Below are positions 1 to 13,679 of a DNA stretch of 64,000 nt, piece by piece; position 1 is the stretch's first letter; every line of letters starts with the position of its first letter. Source of the stretch: Marsupella aquatica (taxonomy: Eukaryota > Plantae > Marchantiophyta). The notes beneath the pieces are model-generated. The model made no database searches. It was not told the origin of the DNA and was given only the letters and a program-made list of their open reading frames with translations. Both the position numbers and the translations under genes were made by a program. The stretch lies in the NCBI GenBank assembly GCA_973895155.1, contig OZ316892.1, positions 27,302,207-27,366,206 of the forward strand, given 5' to 3'.

Positions 1-1571
1 GCTTCGTTTTCTTGTTGTTTTGCGTGAAATAATGAATTTAAATAATTATTTTTCGTACGAGCCTCATTATTCCTTGGTTTCTTGTCTTTTTTGCATGAAA
101 TGAGTTTATGTGAATATCACCCGTTCCTTGTTATTTTTGCATAAAATGATTTAATACTGTTATTTTTATGTCTGGCCTTATTACCTGTCCTTTGAACCGT
201 AAATAGAGATGAGAAGAAAAAACACTTTGAAAAAAAAGGACTCCATGCTATTTATTCTTCATCTTTGCTTATCTATTTTTTGTGTGCACTTTCATTTTTG
301 CTCATCTGTTTTTTTTGTGTACACCTACACTTTCAATTATGCCATCAGTTACAGTAGTCAGGGTCTAGAGATTTCACTTTTGATTGGGCTTCATTAATTA
401 AATTATTATTACAATATCTAATTGAGCCCATTTCAGCTAATGGTCTGATTACAAAGTGTCATTTGGGTAAGAAGATTTCCTGGCCATTGGCTGAAAATAT
501 ATTGTTTAGTCATGGTTTGATCAGCTTAAAGCACCTCCCCGTATGCCCTTCACCTTGCCTTGCATCCTCGCCCTGTATTCCTCCTCTTGCCCTCCCCTCC
601 CCTCCATGCAATTGTGCAACGTTTGGGCACTGTGTAGATAAGTAAAAAGACAAAGAGTACAAGGTGGTACCCACAATGGTTAATGCCAACAATCAATGGA
701 TGATGACCTAAATCTAGTTGCCTACAATATATATCAAAGTGCCAAAAGACAAAAATGGCCAAATCCAGAGGGCAGGATCCCAAAGACAAAGCAACCCAAT
801 AAAAGAAGGGAAGAAAATAGGGGAAGGCCCTAATAGGAGTTGTTGACTGCCTTCATTGTTTTTGCCACCTGGAACCCAGGGCAAAGTTAAGCCATTGCCA
901 AGTTGCTTCCCCATAGCACCCCCATTCACCTGCACTTTGGGGCTGATTGAGACTGAGTTGGATTGTGAACAAATCAGTTAATAAGGTCTGCCGCCAACAG
1001 CGTCCAGTCCAACTGCATTAATTGCTTAGCAAACCCTCACCCCCAACCTTGATGTTTACCAATTAATGTGCATTTCCTTGAGGTTTAAAATTCACCATGC
1101 CACTGTACTTTAAGGGCTGACTTGTCACCAACTTCCTGACCAATTGTGCAATGGAGAGTGCCTTTTACCCACCTACTAAGGTACCCTGGTCTGGGCCCCG
1201 GGCCACCCTTTATGACAACCCTAACATATCCCAAACAAAAAAGGCTGGTCTCAATGAGTCGTGGGCAGACTGCATGGAGCAACTGGGCCAATGGGCAAAA
1301 GTCCCATGGTTTGGGTTGATTGATGAATCTTGTGGGTTAATTGCAAGGCTGATTTTGAGTTGTTTGATATCAACCATTTGCCCTTGTGAGAGTTTCCTGT
1401 AAACACTTGTTAAATATACTACTAGCCCAAAGCCCATGCATGCATTGCCCAATGGTCATTGCAATCATGTTGTTTTGTGACAATACACACAAATATCAAG
1501 GTATGGCAAAGAGGTGCAAGTGAGGGAAGGAAATGTTGTTGTTCCTGGTGTGTTGTCATTGCAGTCATGTT

Positions 1572-1915
1572 TGTTAGATATTGCTCTAGTCTTGTGACTC
1601 TTGAGCTAATCACAGTTAGTCTAACTCGGGTTAGGACTTAGCTAATGTTAGCGGTAATGCTATTGTGCATATAGCCAGGGCTGATGCCAGACCCCGGTGG
1701 AACTTAGGCTCATTGTTACGGAGCTAGTTGAGAGATAGGGAGAGTTTGTGCTGTGGATGCTTGGTATGGCCGGTCGGCCTAGAGTGCAGTAAAGCTCTTG
1801 TGTGTTCCCGTGGACGTAGCCTCATGTGGAGGTGAACCACGTATCTCTCTGTGTCGACTCTTGTGCGTTGGATGGTTCATGGGCTTGCCGTTGCGAATGT
1901 CGTCTATGCTCAACA
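1572..1915 (+). repeat. 5' LTR of Copia family A
   Basis: TGTTAG...CAACA, direct repeat of 7408-7751. Confidence 0.96.
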
Positions 1916-1917
1916 AG

Positions 1918-1929
1918 TGGTATCAGAGC
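1918..1929 (+). promoter_or_regulatory. Primer binding site (tRNA-iMet)
   Basis: TGGTATCAGAGC 2 nt after the LTR end. Confidence 0.93.
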
Positions 1930-2761
1930 ATGCCTGGGAGGTGACGAGGTTTTTTTGTGACAGGTTTTTCCAGCGTTCATTGTCGGTGGCACATTCGGAG
2001 TTTCGTCGCATGAAACTCAAATGTGTGTGGCTGAGCGGATAGGTTAGTGAGAGGGCTTTCTAACGGTGGTTAGAACTCGCTGATCGGTATCCGTGGTACG
2101 GAGGAATTGAAGTTTGCGTCGTTCAGGTTTTATTCGTGTTCGACGGGTTTTCGGGGGAGTGACCAGAGTTTGCGTTTTTCAACGGTGTGAGTTGTGCGGT
2201 GTTCAGGAGATCACACATTATAGCTCAAGTTGAAGGTTGAAGCGAGCTGGTCGTTTCGGTAGCTGGATTGCTGCCGAGTTGTTACCGAGTGCGTCGTGAC
2301 GAGTGAAGGAGGCGTTCAGGTTTTTTCACAAGCTATGGAGCTTGTTCACATCTGAACCGGGTTTCTCCTCGTGACGTTCGACTCGGTGGAAGAAACGCGA
2401 AGTGCTACGGCTCAATGGTTTGATCGCGATGAGGTGGTCGTTTTGAGCCCGGGATTGGCACTTGACACGGAGTGAAGGCGACGCGGCGGGAATTTTTTTT
2501 CAGTGCTGGAGTTGGAGACTGTGCCAGTGAAACTTCAAAACTTTTCCCGTCGGCGGCGTTCACTTTTCTTGTGAGGAACAGCGGCAATTAAAAATTGGCG
2601 TTGGTGAAGCTTCAAGATCGCGACGGTCAGACGGAGAGTCTGAGGAGGAGCTGCTACCGTTTGAGGAAGAACTAGTGACACCGGTACGATCACCGGTGCG
2701 GCGTGCAGTGGAGGAAGCTGTACTACTACCAGAGCTGTCGGTAGTAGGGAAGAAGAGGGAG

Positions 2762-5700
2762 ATGGCTAGATTTGGAGGAGTCAAGTTTGAGGTGGAGAAG
2801 TACGATGGTCGTACTGATTACTTGCTCTGGGAGAAGCAAGTGAAGGGTGTTCTTCGGGCCATGGGCTTAGCTCATCTGCTCTCTTCGCGAGAGCAGTATG
2901 ATGGAGAAGAGGAGATCTCAGAGAAGCAGTGGAGACAGGAGCAGGTGATTGCTGTCAATGCAGTGATGCTTTATCTCAAGCCGCACATCATCAAGCAGCT
3001 GGATGATTATGCGGATTGCGTGTCACTGTTCAAGGCTCTAAGAGAGAAGTACTACCGGGAAGATGCGTCAGACCGGCTGTACAAGAAGTCTCTCTTGATG
3101 AGCCTCAGGCTCAAGGAAGGGAGCAAGATGCAGGATCACCTAGATGAGTTTGACAGTCTAGCGGTGGATCTGTCAAACCTGGGAAAAGGAGTTGAAGATG
3201 AGGATAAGGCCTTGCTTCTGCTAAGCTCCTTACCGTCGTCATATCAGGGCTTGAAACAGGTGCTCTTGTACAGAGATCTGAAGTCCATTTCGTATAATGA
3301 GGTGGTGAGCTCTTTACTGTCTGATGATGCTCAGAAGAAGCTGGGTCAATCACAGACAGCATCTTCTTCTGGCACTGCGCTGAATGTGAACCGTGGGAGA
3401 GCAACACAGCGCACGAATGGACAGAATAGGTTTAGATCTACATCACGGGGGAGATCTAAATCCAGAGGGAAATCGCAAGAGAGGAAGTCTCTTGCATGTT
3501 GGAATTGTGGCAAGCCAGGCCACATGAAAAGGGATTGTCGAGTAAAGAACCCTACTGCATCTGCTAACGCGGCATCGAGCTCGCATGAGGTAGATTTACT
3601 CGATGATGATGACATATTGTGATGTCAAGGTTATGCTCTCAACGTAGTGTCAAATCCAGGGAGTGATGATTGGATTCTAGATAGTGCATGTACTTTTCAC
3701 ATTTGCTCTAGGAGAGATTTTTTCAGTTCTTACACGGATTCCAACGGGTCAGTGTTGATGGGAAATGGAATCCCATGTCAAGTTGTTGGACTTGGATCTG
3801 TAAGATTTCAGATGTTTGACGGTGCTGTGAGAACGGTGAGGAATGTGAGATATATTCCCAGCATGATGAAAAATCTCATTTCACTTGGAGTTTTAGAAGC
3901 AAATGGCCATCAGTGGAGTTCTGCTAATGGTGTCCTTCAGGTTTCAACTGGTACTAAAGTTGTATTGAAGGGAAAGAGACATAGCAATCTATACGTTTTG
4001 GAGGGCAGTGTAGTTTGTGATGAAGCCAATGTAACCTTATCTCATGAGGAGACGGCCCGAATGTGGCACTTCCGTTTGGGCCACATGAGTGAAAAAGGTT
4101 TGGTTATTCTTCAGAAGAAAGGATTACTTTCTAATTTGCAGTCTTGTAAGTTGGAATTTTGTGAGCACTGTGTGCTTGGGAAGCAGCACAGGAAACCCTT
4201 CGGAGTTGGAACTCACACCAGCAAGGAGGTACTTGAGTATGTACATAGTGATGTGTGGGGTCCAGGACGGTTATACTATGTCACGTTCATAGACGATTAC
4301 TCAAGGTATGTATGGATCTACTTTCTACATAGTAAGTCTGATGTTTTTGCCACTTTTAAGGAGTGGAAAGCCCAAGTTGAGAATCAGACTGGTAACAAGG
4401 TGAGATATCTTCGATTGGATAACGGTGGTGAATATAGTTCCGGGGAATTTGGAATGTATTGTAAGGAGCAGGGGATTACCCGCCATCTCACAACAAGTTA
4501 TACTCCTCAGTAAAATGGTGTTTCTGAGAGACTCAACCGAATACTGTTGGACCGCTCGAGGAGTATGTTGAGTCAATCATGTTTACCACATGAGTTTTGG
4601 GCTGAAGCTGTTAACCCTGCAGCTTATTTGGTAAATTTTTCTCCATCCAGTTCTATTGGATTCAAGACGCCATATGAAATGAGGTACGGGCGTCCAGCAG
4701 ATTATTCACATCTGAGGATTTTTGGATGTGATGTTTATGTGCTTACACCTTCCCAGCTTCGATCCAAGCTGGAGTCCAAGTCGAAGAAGTGCATTTTCCT
4801 TGGCTATCAGAAAGGTGTGAAGGGTTATAGGTTATGGGATCCAGTAACCTATAAACTAATTGTCAGTAGAGATGTGTCCTTTAATGAGTCCAGATCATCA
4901 AATGAGGGGGAGAGTTCTCAGGACTCCCATACTAACAAGGGGAAATCTCCCATCCCGGACCCGGTTGAGGGGGAGATTAGTCATGATGTTGTTCATGACA
5001 GGAGAGATGGAGAAGCTCCGGGCTTGGAGCTGGTTCCTGTGATGGAACAAGAGGAGCAGATTGTTGCTAGGGTACCTCAAATTCAACCAGCAACAGCAGC
5101 AGATCAGCCTGAGTCATCTACTAGAAGAACTTCCAGTCGTTCTACTAGAGCTCCTACCAGGTATGGTCAATAGGCAGACTCATCTAAGCTAGATGATATT
5201 GACATTGCACCTGATGATGATGACATGGCTTTGATCTTGGAAGAAGGAGAGCCTTCTTCGTACAGTGAGGCTTGTGCTTTAGAGCAAAAGCATGAGTGGA
5301 ATGCAGCAATGCAGAGGGAGTTGCAATCTTTGAGTGACAACAAGACATGGGAGCTGGTGGAGCTTCCAAGAGGTCAGCAAGTGGTGGACAGCAAGTGGAT
5401 TTACAAGTTGAAGGACAGTCCTTCAGAGGGTGGAGATAAGATCTACAAGGCAAGGCTTGTTGCCAAGGGGTTCACTCAGGAGAAAGGAGTGGACTACAAT
5501 GAGGTCTTTTCACCGGTGGCTAAGTATTCCACAATTCGGATCTTGTGTCAGCTTGTTGTGTTTTTTAATCTGGTGATGGATCAGATGGATGTTGTTACTG
5601 CTTTTCTCTATGGCAACTTGGAAGAGATGATCTTCATGAGACAGCCACTAGGCTTTATGAAGAAAGGCCAAGAGAACTTAGTTTGCAGATTGCTCAAGTC

Positions 5701-7200
5701 CTTGTGCACTGTGATATATATTCACTTTGACTCACAACCAGAATATTTATGGTCAGATTTGTTTTTTGGGGGATTTAAGAATTTTACGTGAATTCAAATG
5801 ACAGTAAGGTATATGTAAGGTACATTTCTACATACTTTCATATGGCAAGTGTAATAAATGCCCATGGTTACTCAGCAGACAAGGTACAATCACAATTTTC
5901 ACTCTCGGACAAGATCTGTCCTTGTCTGACACGACAAATGACAATTTGTCTGCCCAAAAATGGCCTATTTGTCCAATATTCCCTTATATTCCCCGGCCCG
6001 AACCAAAAATTCCCGGCCCATCCCTGGCTTGGTCTCAAATTCTCCCGACCCCTCCCGGCCAAGTCCCACCCCGTCCCGACCCTCTCGGCCCAGTTGAAAA
6101 GCCGGTTGAGTCCTAGACTTCCCCGGTTAAGTGAGGCAGCCCCCGGTTTAGGGTCCCGACCTTCCCGGCCCGGCTTGCACTCCCGGCCCTCCCTACCTCC
6201 CCTTCCCGGCCCTCCCTCTCTTCCCGGCCCGGCTCTCCCCTTCCCGCCCTGGCCTCCTTTCCCGGCCCTACCTCCCTTCCCGGTCCTCCCTACCTCCCCT
6301 TCCCGGCCCTCCCTCTCTTCCCGGCCCGGCATCCCGAGGATCTTAGGGATGGAGATTTTTAGGAACTCTGATACTAGACAGTTGCGCTTGAGTCAAGGCC
6401 AGTATGCGAGGAAAGTACTTGCACGATTCAACATGGAAAACTGTAAGCCAGTGAGTATTCCTTTAGCTTCACATTTCAAGTTATCATCGGCTTTCTCTCC
6501 TACGGATGCTGTGGAGAAAGGTTTGATGGCTAAGATTCCTTATGAGAAGGCAGTAGGCAGTCTGATGTATTTGATGACTTGTACTAGGCCTGACTTAGCC
6601 CTAGCGATGGGCAAGGTTAGCAGATTCATGTCAAATCCAGGGAAGGTACATTGGGAAGCTGTGAAATGGATTCTCAGGTATGTGAAGGGAACACAGGACT
6701 ATGGTTTACTATTTGATAACAGATCAGATAGAACGTTAGTTGGCTATGTAGATTCTGACTATGGAGGCTGTCTGGATACAAGGAGGTCTACAACTGGGTT
6801 TGTATACACTCTTGGAGGAGGATGTATCAGTTGGAAATCTACCTTGCAGAAGTGATTTTCTCAGTCTATTACAGAAGCAGAGTATGTTGCAGCAGCAGAA
6901 GCAGCAAAGGAAGCGATTTGGTTGGACAAGTTGATCGCAGAGATGGGTTTAGAGCATGGCAAAATGACTCTAAACTGTGATAGTCAGAGTGCTCTTCACT
7001 TGGCTGCTAACCAGGTGATGGATAGCAAGGTGAAGCACATTGATATCAGGTACCATTTTATCAGGCAAGCAGTGTCTGATAAAACTTTTGAGCTAGTCAA
7101 AATTGATGGAAAGCTCAATCCCGCTGATGCTTTTACCAAAGTGATTCCTTTGGAGAGTTTCTCAAGACACCGTGCTACTTTGCAGGTTTTGCAGTTGTAG
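2762..7200 (+). pseudogene. Copia gag-pol polyprotein, disrupted
   Basis: Gag zinc knuckle CWNCGKPGHMKRDC, protease WILDSAC, integrase H-H-C-C/VHSDVWGP/DNGGEY, RT KARLVAKGF/QMDVVTAFL, RNase H YVDSDYGG/KHIDIRYHFIR. In-frame stops at 3620, 4511, 5171 and 6853. The YVDD region is missing. Confidence 0.95.
5706..6335. other. Foreign ~630-bp segment replacing the RT core; C-rich CCCGGCCC repeats
   Basis: RT reads LLKSL up to ~5705 and resumes at RILGME at ~6336. The equivalent interval in family B (56601-56850) is ~250 bp and contains YGLKQ...YVDD. Confidence 0.85.
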
Positions 7201-7407
7201 TGCAAGTAGAGTTATTTAGCAATGTGTGACTATTTGTATATGGATTACTCATTCCTGTTTGGCTACGGCTTAGTTCTAGTTAACCCTTAGTTAACCCTTG
7301 TGGTTTTTAGGGGGAGACCTGGTTTGGTGATTGTCTAGAACTTCCCGCTGAGGATTCCATATGGTAGCATTTAGTCTAGTCCCCAAGACAAGAGTCAAGG
7401 GGAAGTT

Positions 7408-7751
7408 TGTTAGATATTGCTCTAGTCTTGTGACTCTTGAGCTAATCACAGTTAGTCTAACTCGGGTTAGGACTTAGCTAATGTTAGCGGTAATGCTATT
7501 GTGCATATAGCCAAGGCTGATGCCAGACCCTGGTGGAACTTAGGCTCATTGTTACGGAGCTAGTTGAGAGATAAGGAGAGCTTGTGCTGTGGATGCTTGG
7601 TATGGCCGGTTGGCCTAGAGTGCAGTAAAGCTCTTGTGTGTTCCCGTGGACGTAGCCTCATGTGGAGGTGAACCACGTATCTCTCTATGTCGACTATTGT
7701 GCGTTGGATGGTTCATGGGCTTGCCGTTGCGAATGTCGTCTATGCTCAACA
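7408..7751 (+). repeat. 3' LTR of Copia family A
   Basis: Direct repeat of 1572-1915, preceded by PPT and followed by the TSD. Confidence 0.96.
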
Positions 7752-8626
7752 ATGTTGTGGTTGTGGAAGTGTCATTGTTTTGGTTGGGTGGTAATAAATG
7801 TTGTCATATATGTTAATGTGTTTTTGCAAAAGTGAAATTGTTGGGGAGGGTAGAAAGGAGCGCAAGACAAAAGACAACATCTTAGGGCATGTGGGCTCTA
7901 GATGGGGTTGCACAATGCTATGTGAAGGGAACATGTTTTAATTGTTTCTCCCTATTTCTCTTTTCTTTCCTTGCCTGTACCCTCCCTTTCTTCCCTCCCT
8001 CTCTCCCTCCCCCCGCCCCTCCCTCAACACCCCCCCCCACCCCCTTCATTTTTCTTCCCTCCAACACGATAAAAACAGAAGAAGGCAAACTTAGGGAGGA
8101 AAACACAAAATTTAACCACCCAAAAAATGAAATTTCCTTCATCAACATTACAAACCTTGTAAAAGCAATTTATCTTGGGTACTCCTTTTGGTCACTTCAA
8201 GAGCTCCAAGAGTGTCAAATAACCTTGAATAGCATGGACACATGTACCTTGTAAAAAGCAATTATTTCTGTCAATCCAAGAGTATCAAATCACCTTGAAA
8301 GACATCTGCCCGTGAGTCTTGTCTCCTCCTTTTCAATCCAAGAGTATCAAATAACCATGAAAAGAAACAATCTTGGAAAGGAACTGACACTAAGTCTTGT
8401 TGGCTCCCTTTTCAAGTTTGAGAACAGACTAGGTGAAGGATTTGATTGGATCCCTGATTATAGTGGCTGCAAGGAAATACCAAAAATGAAAAGGGGCTAG
8501 CATTACGCCAATGGTGTTTGAAAGGTTGAGATAGGTCTTTAACCGCCACCAGCCATATAAATAGGTAAATAGGGGAAGTGTCCAAGTCTTCTCCCTTTTT
8601 CACTTTCCTCTCATTCTTCTCCTCCC

Positions 8627-8746
8627 CCATTCCATATTGCTCCACAAGTTCAGGAAAGTATACTATTTATGGGGACTTTCCTCTCATTCTTGTCCTCCTC
8701 CATTCCATATTGCTCCACAAGTTCAGGAAAGTATACTATTTATGGT
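8627..8746. repeat. Local ~45-bp direct duplication within a degenerate repeat-like region
   Basis: CCATTCCATATTGCTCCACAAGTTCAGGAAAGTATACTATTTATGG occurs twice (~8627 and ~8700). Confidence 0.7.
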
Positions 8747-10002
8747 GGGGAAACCCATGTAACCAAGTTTTTGTCATGGCTAGTGGTGGTTTTAAGGGTA
8801 TGATAACTATAGTTTGGTGTGTGGGATTCGGTTTGGTTTCTGGTTAGCACTTGTAAATCTTGTACCAATTATTAGCCCTAGAAGATTTACAAGAACCAAA
8901 TACCAAGTTTGTACTTAATCGTGTAACTTCTGCTGAAGAGGCTCTCAACACATGGGGACTCTCTACCGAGAGCCGTATGGAGAGAGGTGTCACGTGACAT
9001 CTTCACCATGCACTGAATAACCAAGCAATCCTCATCACCCAGTTGGGCATCATATTCAGGATCACCCAACAATCTTCATCACCCAACTGAACACCAACTT
9101 TGAGATCGCCTGGTCACGAATACGAATTAAGTCGATCCACCCTATGTTTGGTTATGCATGTTTGTGTTATGGTGGACAAACTTGCCCCTGGAGAGCTTTC
9201 CTCAGAAGAATTCCTCTATGAAATTGTTGCATCCTGCTGAAATAAATCTGAGCATGAAGTCTTCGATGTTGAGACCACAAGTCCATCGCACACTTTCCCC
9301 AAGGAATAGATTCCCACACTTCCCTCACTTGGTCGAGTTGAAATTTCAAGAACGGAAAGCATAAAGCCCCTCATGCATGGAAACCAGAATGGCGAATTAG
9401 CAAGGCCTGGGGTAATCTTTGGGTGGCAGGGCCCCAATCCCTTGTGTGAAGTAAAGCTTGAACTCTGTGGATCATTTCATTCGAAGGAATAGGCTAGAAG
9501 TATTTGAATCTAAGGAAATTCCATTCCAACTTCGGGGGTAAGCGTTCTGTTATGGTGCTGCCTGATTATCAAGTGTCAATGCTCGATGAAGTGCTTTCAT
9601 GTATCCCATGTAACAAGCGTTTAATGCGAATACACACAGAAGATGACAGATTCCACAACCTGTCCCGTTCGAATTCTGCCCAGAGTAAGATAGACAACAT
9701 TTTCCAAGAGCGTAAAACGAAGTCCTTCCGGTTTTTTTCACGTAACCCACGTTAACAGGTCCTGAGTGAGATGCTGACTCCCAAACGTTTTCATGGCCAA
9801 AAACTAATGAATAATACCTAATACCTCGCACATTTCCTTCCTGACCGGACAAAGGAAATATGGTTTTACACTTTTCCCGAAATGCGTATAGCTTGTTAAA
9901 CTCTAACTAACAAATAAGTCATAATATCGCCGTGTTTGGTGGGACTGCCTATCCAAAAATCACCAAAGTATCTAGACGACCATCAGCAACATACACAAAG
10001 TT

Positions 10003-12543
10003 TCAAGCCGGCGCTTCACCGCCCAAAGATTTTTGGAGCCGTACCCGATGTCTCTGCCTTTTCCTTTTTTTAATTTGCTGGTGAGATGCATCTTTGCCAG
10101 GATCCTGAAAGCAAGGAAGACCAAGATTCATAGCTTTAAGCTAATTGCGTTTTTTTCTGTGAAGAAGGAAAATCTTCCCAGAGAGAGTAGTAACTTGTAA
10201 GACCACTTCTCCAGCAAGGAAACACCCTAAATGACGAAGACCATAGCAGCTATTTATTAACTCCTGTCTTCAACTTAGCATCTTCGCAGGAGCACTAACA
10301 GGAAGTGAAGGTCACCTTTGGCCGAACGACAGTACATCAAGAGAACTGCAAGTCCATAAGTCCAAAAAATTCGCCATCCAAGGGAGGTTAAGGAGGACCC
10401 TCACCTGGTTGAGTGCACCTCCAGTCACGTTTTTCTTCTTCTTCTGAGACAAAGGATTTGGAGCCTAGCAAAAAAGTTTCAGCACAATAAAATTAATTAA
10501 TACCTATATTTCAAAAATTTACCTACGGAAAGTGCGAACTTAACCAGACGTAAAACAATGATTCGTCATGGGTCTGTCGTCAATCTCGACTACAGAAGAA
10601 AATTATTCGCCCTTTTGACTACTGCAACTGAATACACACCTTTGCCCGCTTGCGCTTCAGTTTTGAACTTTCCTTCAATTCAGAAGTTGTCTGACCCTCT
10701 TCACTGGGTACTGCTGAACCGGGTGACTGGTCAGGATCACCAACTCCACCATCAGCAACTTGAGCAACTTTCAATTTGGCGCGTTCTTCCAGCAACCTTT
10801 CCTCTCTACTAGCCAAGTGTAACCTCTCAGCCTCGCTAAGGCGGGCATATGAGATTTGCATAGCAGAGGGTGGTTCCAAAATTAGGCCCGTATTCTGTAA
10901 GAAAAGAAGAGCGCCACCTGGAACCTGCACGTATATTAGGCTTCTCAGTAGATGCCAGCAAAAGGTGCAAACGACAGCAATGTGTAGCACGTCCCATCCA
11001 ACACAAATAAAACACATAGCACGGAGTTTCTCATGTAACTGTCACCAAGAAGGCTGCTGTTGTCCTGCAATATACATAATCACACCCTAAGAAGGATAAA
11101 CCTCCAATCTGCAAGTAACATCTGGAATATTCTAATAAGTTGGACATACTTGGGTTGTTGCTTCTAACCTTCCTCAATTTTCGGCGAAGCTCAATATCCT
11201 GTGTGGCAACATAATAGTGATCTGGATTTGTGGTGCCCACCATGGCCTCCACGCAATCCACGGCTGGAAGGAAGGGATCATGATCACACCTGTGTTATCC
11301 GCAATTTCCAATCAGACTTCCATCTCCTGATCACATGGGCTTCCCTCAATTAGGCTTCTTGGCCATTGAAGCAAGTCCCCTCCGCTTGTGACAAATGCAG
11401 CAGTAATGCTGAAAATTAGAGTATATGACACCAGATTGAAAACAGGGTAATAGTACAATCTCATCTTTGAAACTATACGCATTGAGAAGGTGGAGTGGGA
11501 CTCAGAACTCTACTTTGCAATATCCAGGCGCCTGGCGGCCAGAACCGTCCCAGAAAATGCTTCACCGAGCTTCTTCAACTCTGAAATCACACATCTGCAT
11601 GCAACAATGACTTAGAAGGAACGCGAATTTGTTGTTTGGGGACCAATGCTATCTTCCGAGCGCGCAGTAAATGCCCCAACGAAGACTCGTGCATGGAACC
11701 ACAGCTCAATTCGTAGATTGATATGATCATGAGTGGATTGTGCTTTAACTTCGTTCGTTGCCCCTCCTTATCCGGGTCAGCGAACATTCCACAGTAAGTG
11801 TTAATTCAGCTGCTCACGCTCTCTCGGGAACCCCAAACCTCCCGTTTTTGGCAATGGCCCTCCCCTCACTCATTCGTTCGTTCATTCTCGATGAATTCCC
11901 AGAATTTAGGTTCCATTTCCAGTGGACTTTCGAAGCATTTCAGTATGATGACTCTTCCTTGTCGCTGAGACCTCAAACCCTAGCCGAGTTCCTCGTTCTG
12001 CGAGTTGTCTTTAGAAACGGTTCATTTTAAAATCAGTATACCTACTTTGAGCCAGAAGACGTTCCAAGCAACTTGTCCCCGTACTCTGTGTTTCTGTAAA
12101 TATCGAGACTCATTTTTAATAACGTTGCAAACTTTGATTGTTGTTATCGTAATACATCCGTTTCTTTGCGTGACTGTAGATTGAGTTGCAATTCCATCGT
12201 AGAATGATGCAAGAGCATTCTCCAACCCTTTTTCCCGACTTGTGCTGAGAGTCTTGCAGAATGCTCATGCCAAAGAAACTCGATGCAGCACTTTGTCACC
12301 AAGCGATCTGTGGCTAAAATAATATAGAGCGGCACTGCTTGTACAAACATACCTTGTGACCAGTGCCTTCGTAGAACCGCCCAGAAGAGCAGGGAGGGCG
12401 TCCTGAAGGGAGCCAACGCGAGCGGCGAGAACAGCGTGCACGAAATTGCCATCGCACAGCACTCTGAAAGGCTCCCGGAAGCCGCAGCACGTCTTGTAGA
12501 ATCGCACATGCCTCCTCACCTGCTTCTGCCTCTTCACCCTCAT
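10003..12543 (-). CDS. UTP23: rRNA-processing protein UTP23 (PIN/Fcf1 family, SSU processome), 279 aa, six coding exons
   Basis: Exons 12543-12353, 11594-11514, 11289-11169, 10924-10640, 10464-10405 and 10104-10003. All introns are GT-AG and the 840 nt stay in frame. Motifs MRVKRQK..RFY..CGFREPFRVLCDGNF, YYVATQD.ELR, ILEPPS and KRKRAKAPNPLS.KKKK. Confidence 0.93.
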
Positions 12544-13679
12544 CGCAGCTCGTCAGTACCACTTTCGTTGATCCACGCCCAGAAACTGTGATCGAAGTCT
12601 TTATGCCTCTGTGATTGCTAGCCCGCTCGTCGACAACTCCTCATCTACACTCACGATCTCAGTGCCAGAGAGAGACTCAACCTGGCCCCGTGACAAAGGC
12701 CGATGTTTCTAAAATGACTTAGTCAGGCCTGAAATGATCCGATGTCACCAACCAATGCTCCGAATCCCGATGTCACAACCCAGCAGAATGCGAAAACCTC
12801 CTGCTCCGAGCGGCTTCCTCAAACGCGTACACCTATCAGAGAAGAATTTATCCTTCTCGGCAAACAGCCAAAAACCAAGCCCATTCGTTGCCAAAAATGC
12901 CTCTGTTCTTCGACTCTTGCTCCTCTTTCTCCCTGATGAGCGAGCCCCTCCTTTCTCCTAGTCCAGGAGTACAATGCGTACGTAGCTATTGACTGTCGCG
13001 AGAAAGTGAACACCAAGGCCGTGACTCGCGATATCAAACAAACGCATCCCACTGCCCCAATATTCAACCCACAGCACTCGGACCACAGCCAAAGAAGCCG
13101 GAAGCCGAAGTTACTTCTCACAGTAGTAGTAGTAGTAGTAGTCCCTACCGCCCCCGAATGAGCAGTTGGCAAAAGAGTAACAGTACTTCTTCTGCAGAAT
13201 GATGCTTGACTGCTTTGTACAACACTGCCACTGGCAATCTTTCTGTCTATCACTCTCTTCAGAGCAGACCGCAAGACGATGACGAGTGGGGCGGAGCTGG
13301 TGGTTCATGCAGAAGCAACGGACGCAGAAGATACAGAGAGAGACGACAGATTTTGTTCACCATCAACAAAAATCTATGAACGACCGACTATCGTAGGCGG
13401 AGGCAGGGAGCTGCTGTTGCAATTCACGCAGAAGCGAGGAATGCCAATTGCGAAAAGAGAATGACGAGAAATCCAGCGACCGAGCGAGCGATCGATCTAC
13501 TCGTCCAAAACCAAACCGCACATGCTTGATTGCGGCGCTGCTGATGCCTCGCGAACTTGATCTCCTCCTACGGAACTACTGTGGTAGACTGTACTCAAGT
13601 ACTGTGGTGGAGTGTACCTAGTACTGTGGTAATGGACGCCTCCTCTGCAGTTGAGGAGCACGTGAAAGGGCGATGCGTA

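Larger units (their letters stand above)
1572..7751 (+). mobile_element. Ty1/Copia LTR retrotransposon (family A), full length, non-autonomous
   Basis: Two 344-bp TG...CA LTRs (1572-1915, 7408-7751, about 7 mismatches by eye). 5-bp TSD ATGTT at 1567-1571 and 7752-7756. PBS TGGTATCAGAGC, PPT AAGGGGAAG before the 3' LTR, domain order gag-PR-INT-RT-RH. Confidence 0.97.

Noticed and set aside
3620-3622. Programmed gag-pol stop-codon readthrough
   Set aside because: The element has three other in-frame stops and family B reads through this point. It cannot be told from decay without a family consensus.
5788-6335. Pro-rich or Gly/Arg-rich protein fused to RT (and similar ORFs at 22663-23206, 23952-24396, 48560-48906)
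   Set aside because: Stop-poor GC-rich repeats give open frames on both strands, with no domain signal.
8250-9500. Possible additional solo LTR
   Set aside because: LTR-like composition, but no convincing termini or TSD could be placed.
11944-11970. C/D box snoRNA in UTP23 intron 1 (ATGATGA...CTGA)
   Set aside because: The boxes are only ~13 nt apart and antisense to the host gene.
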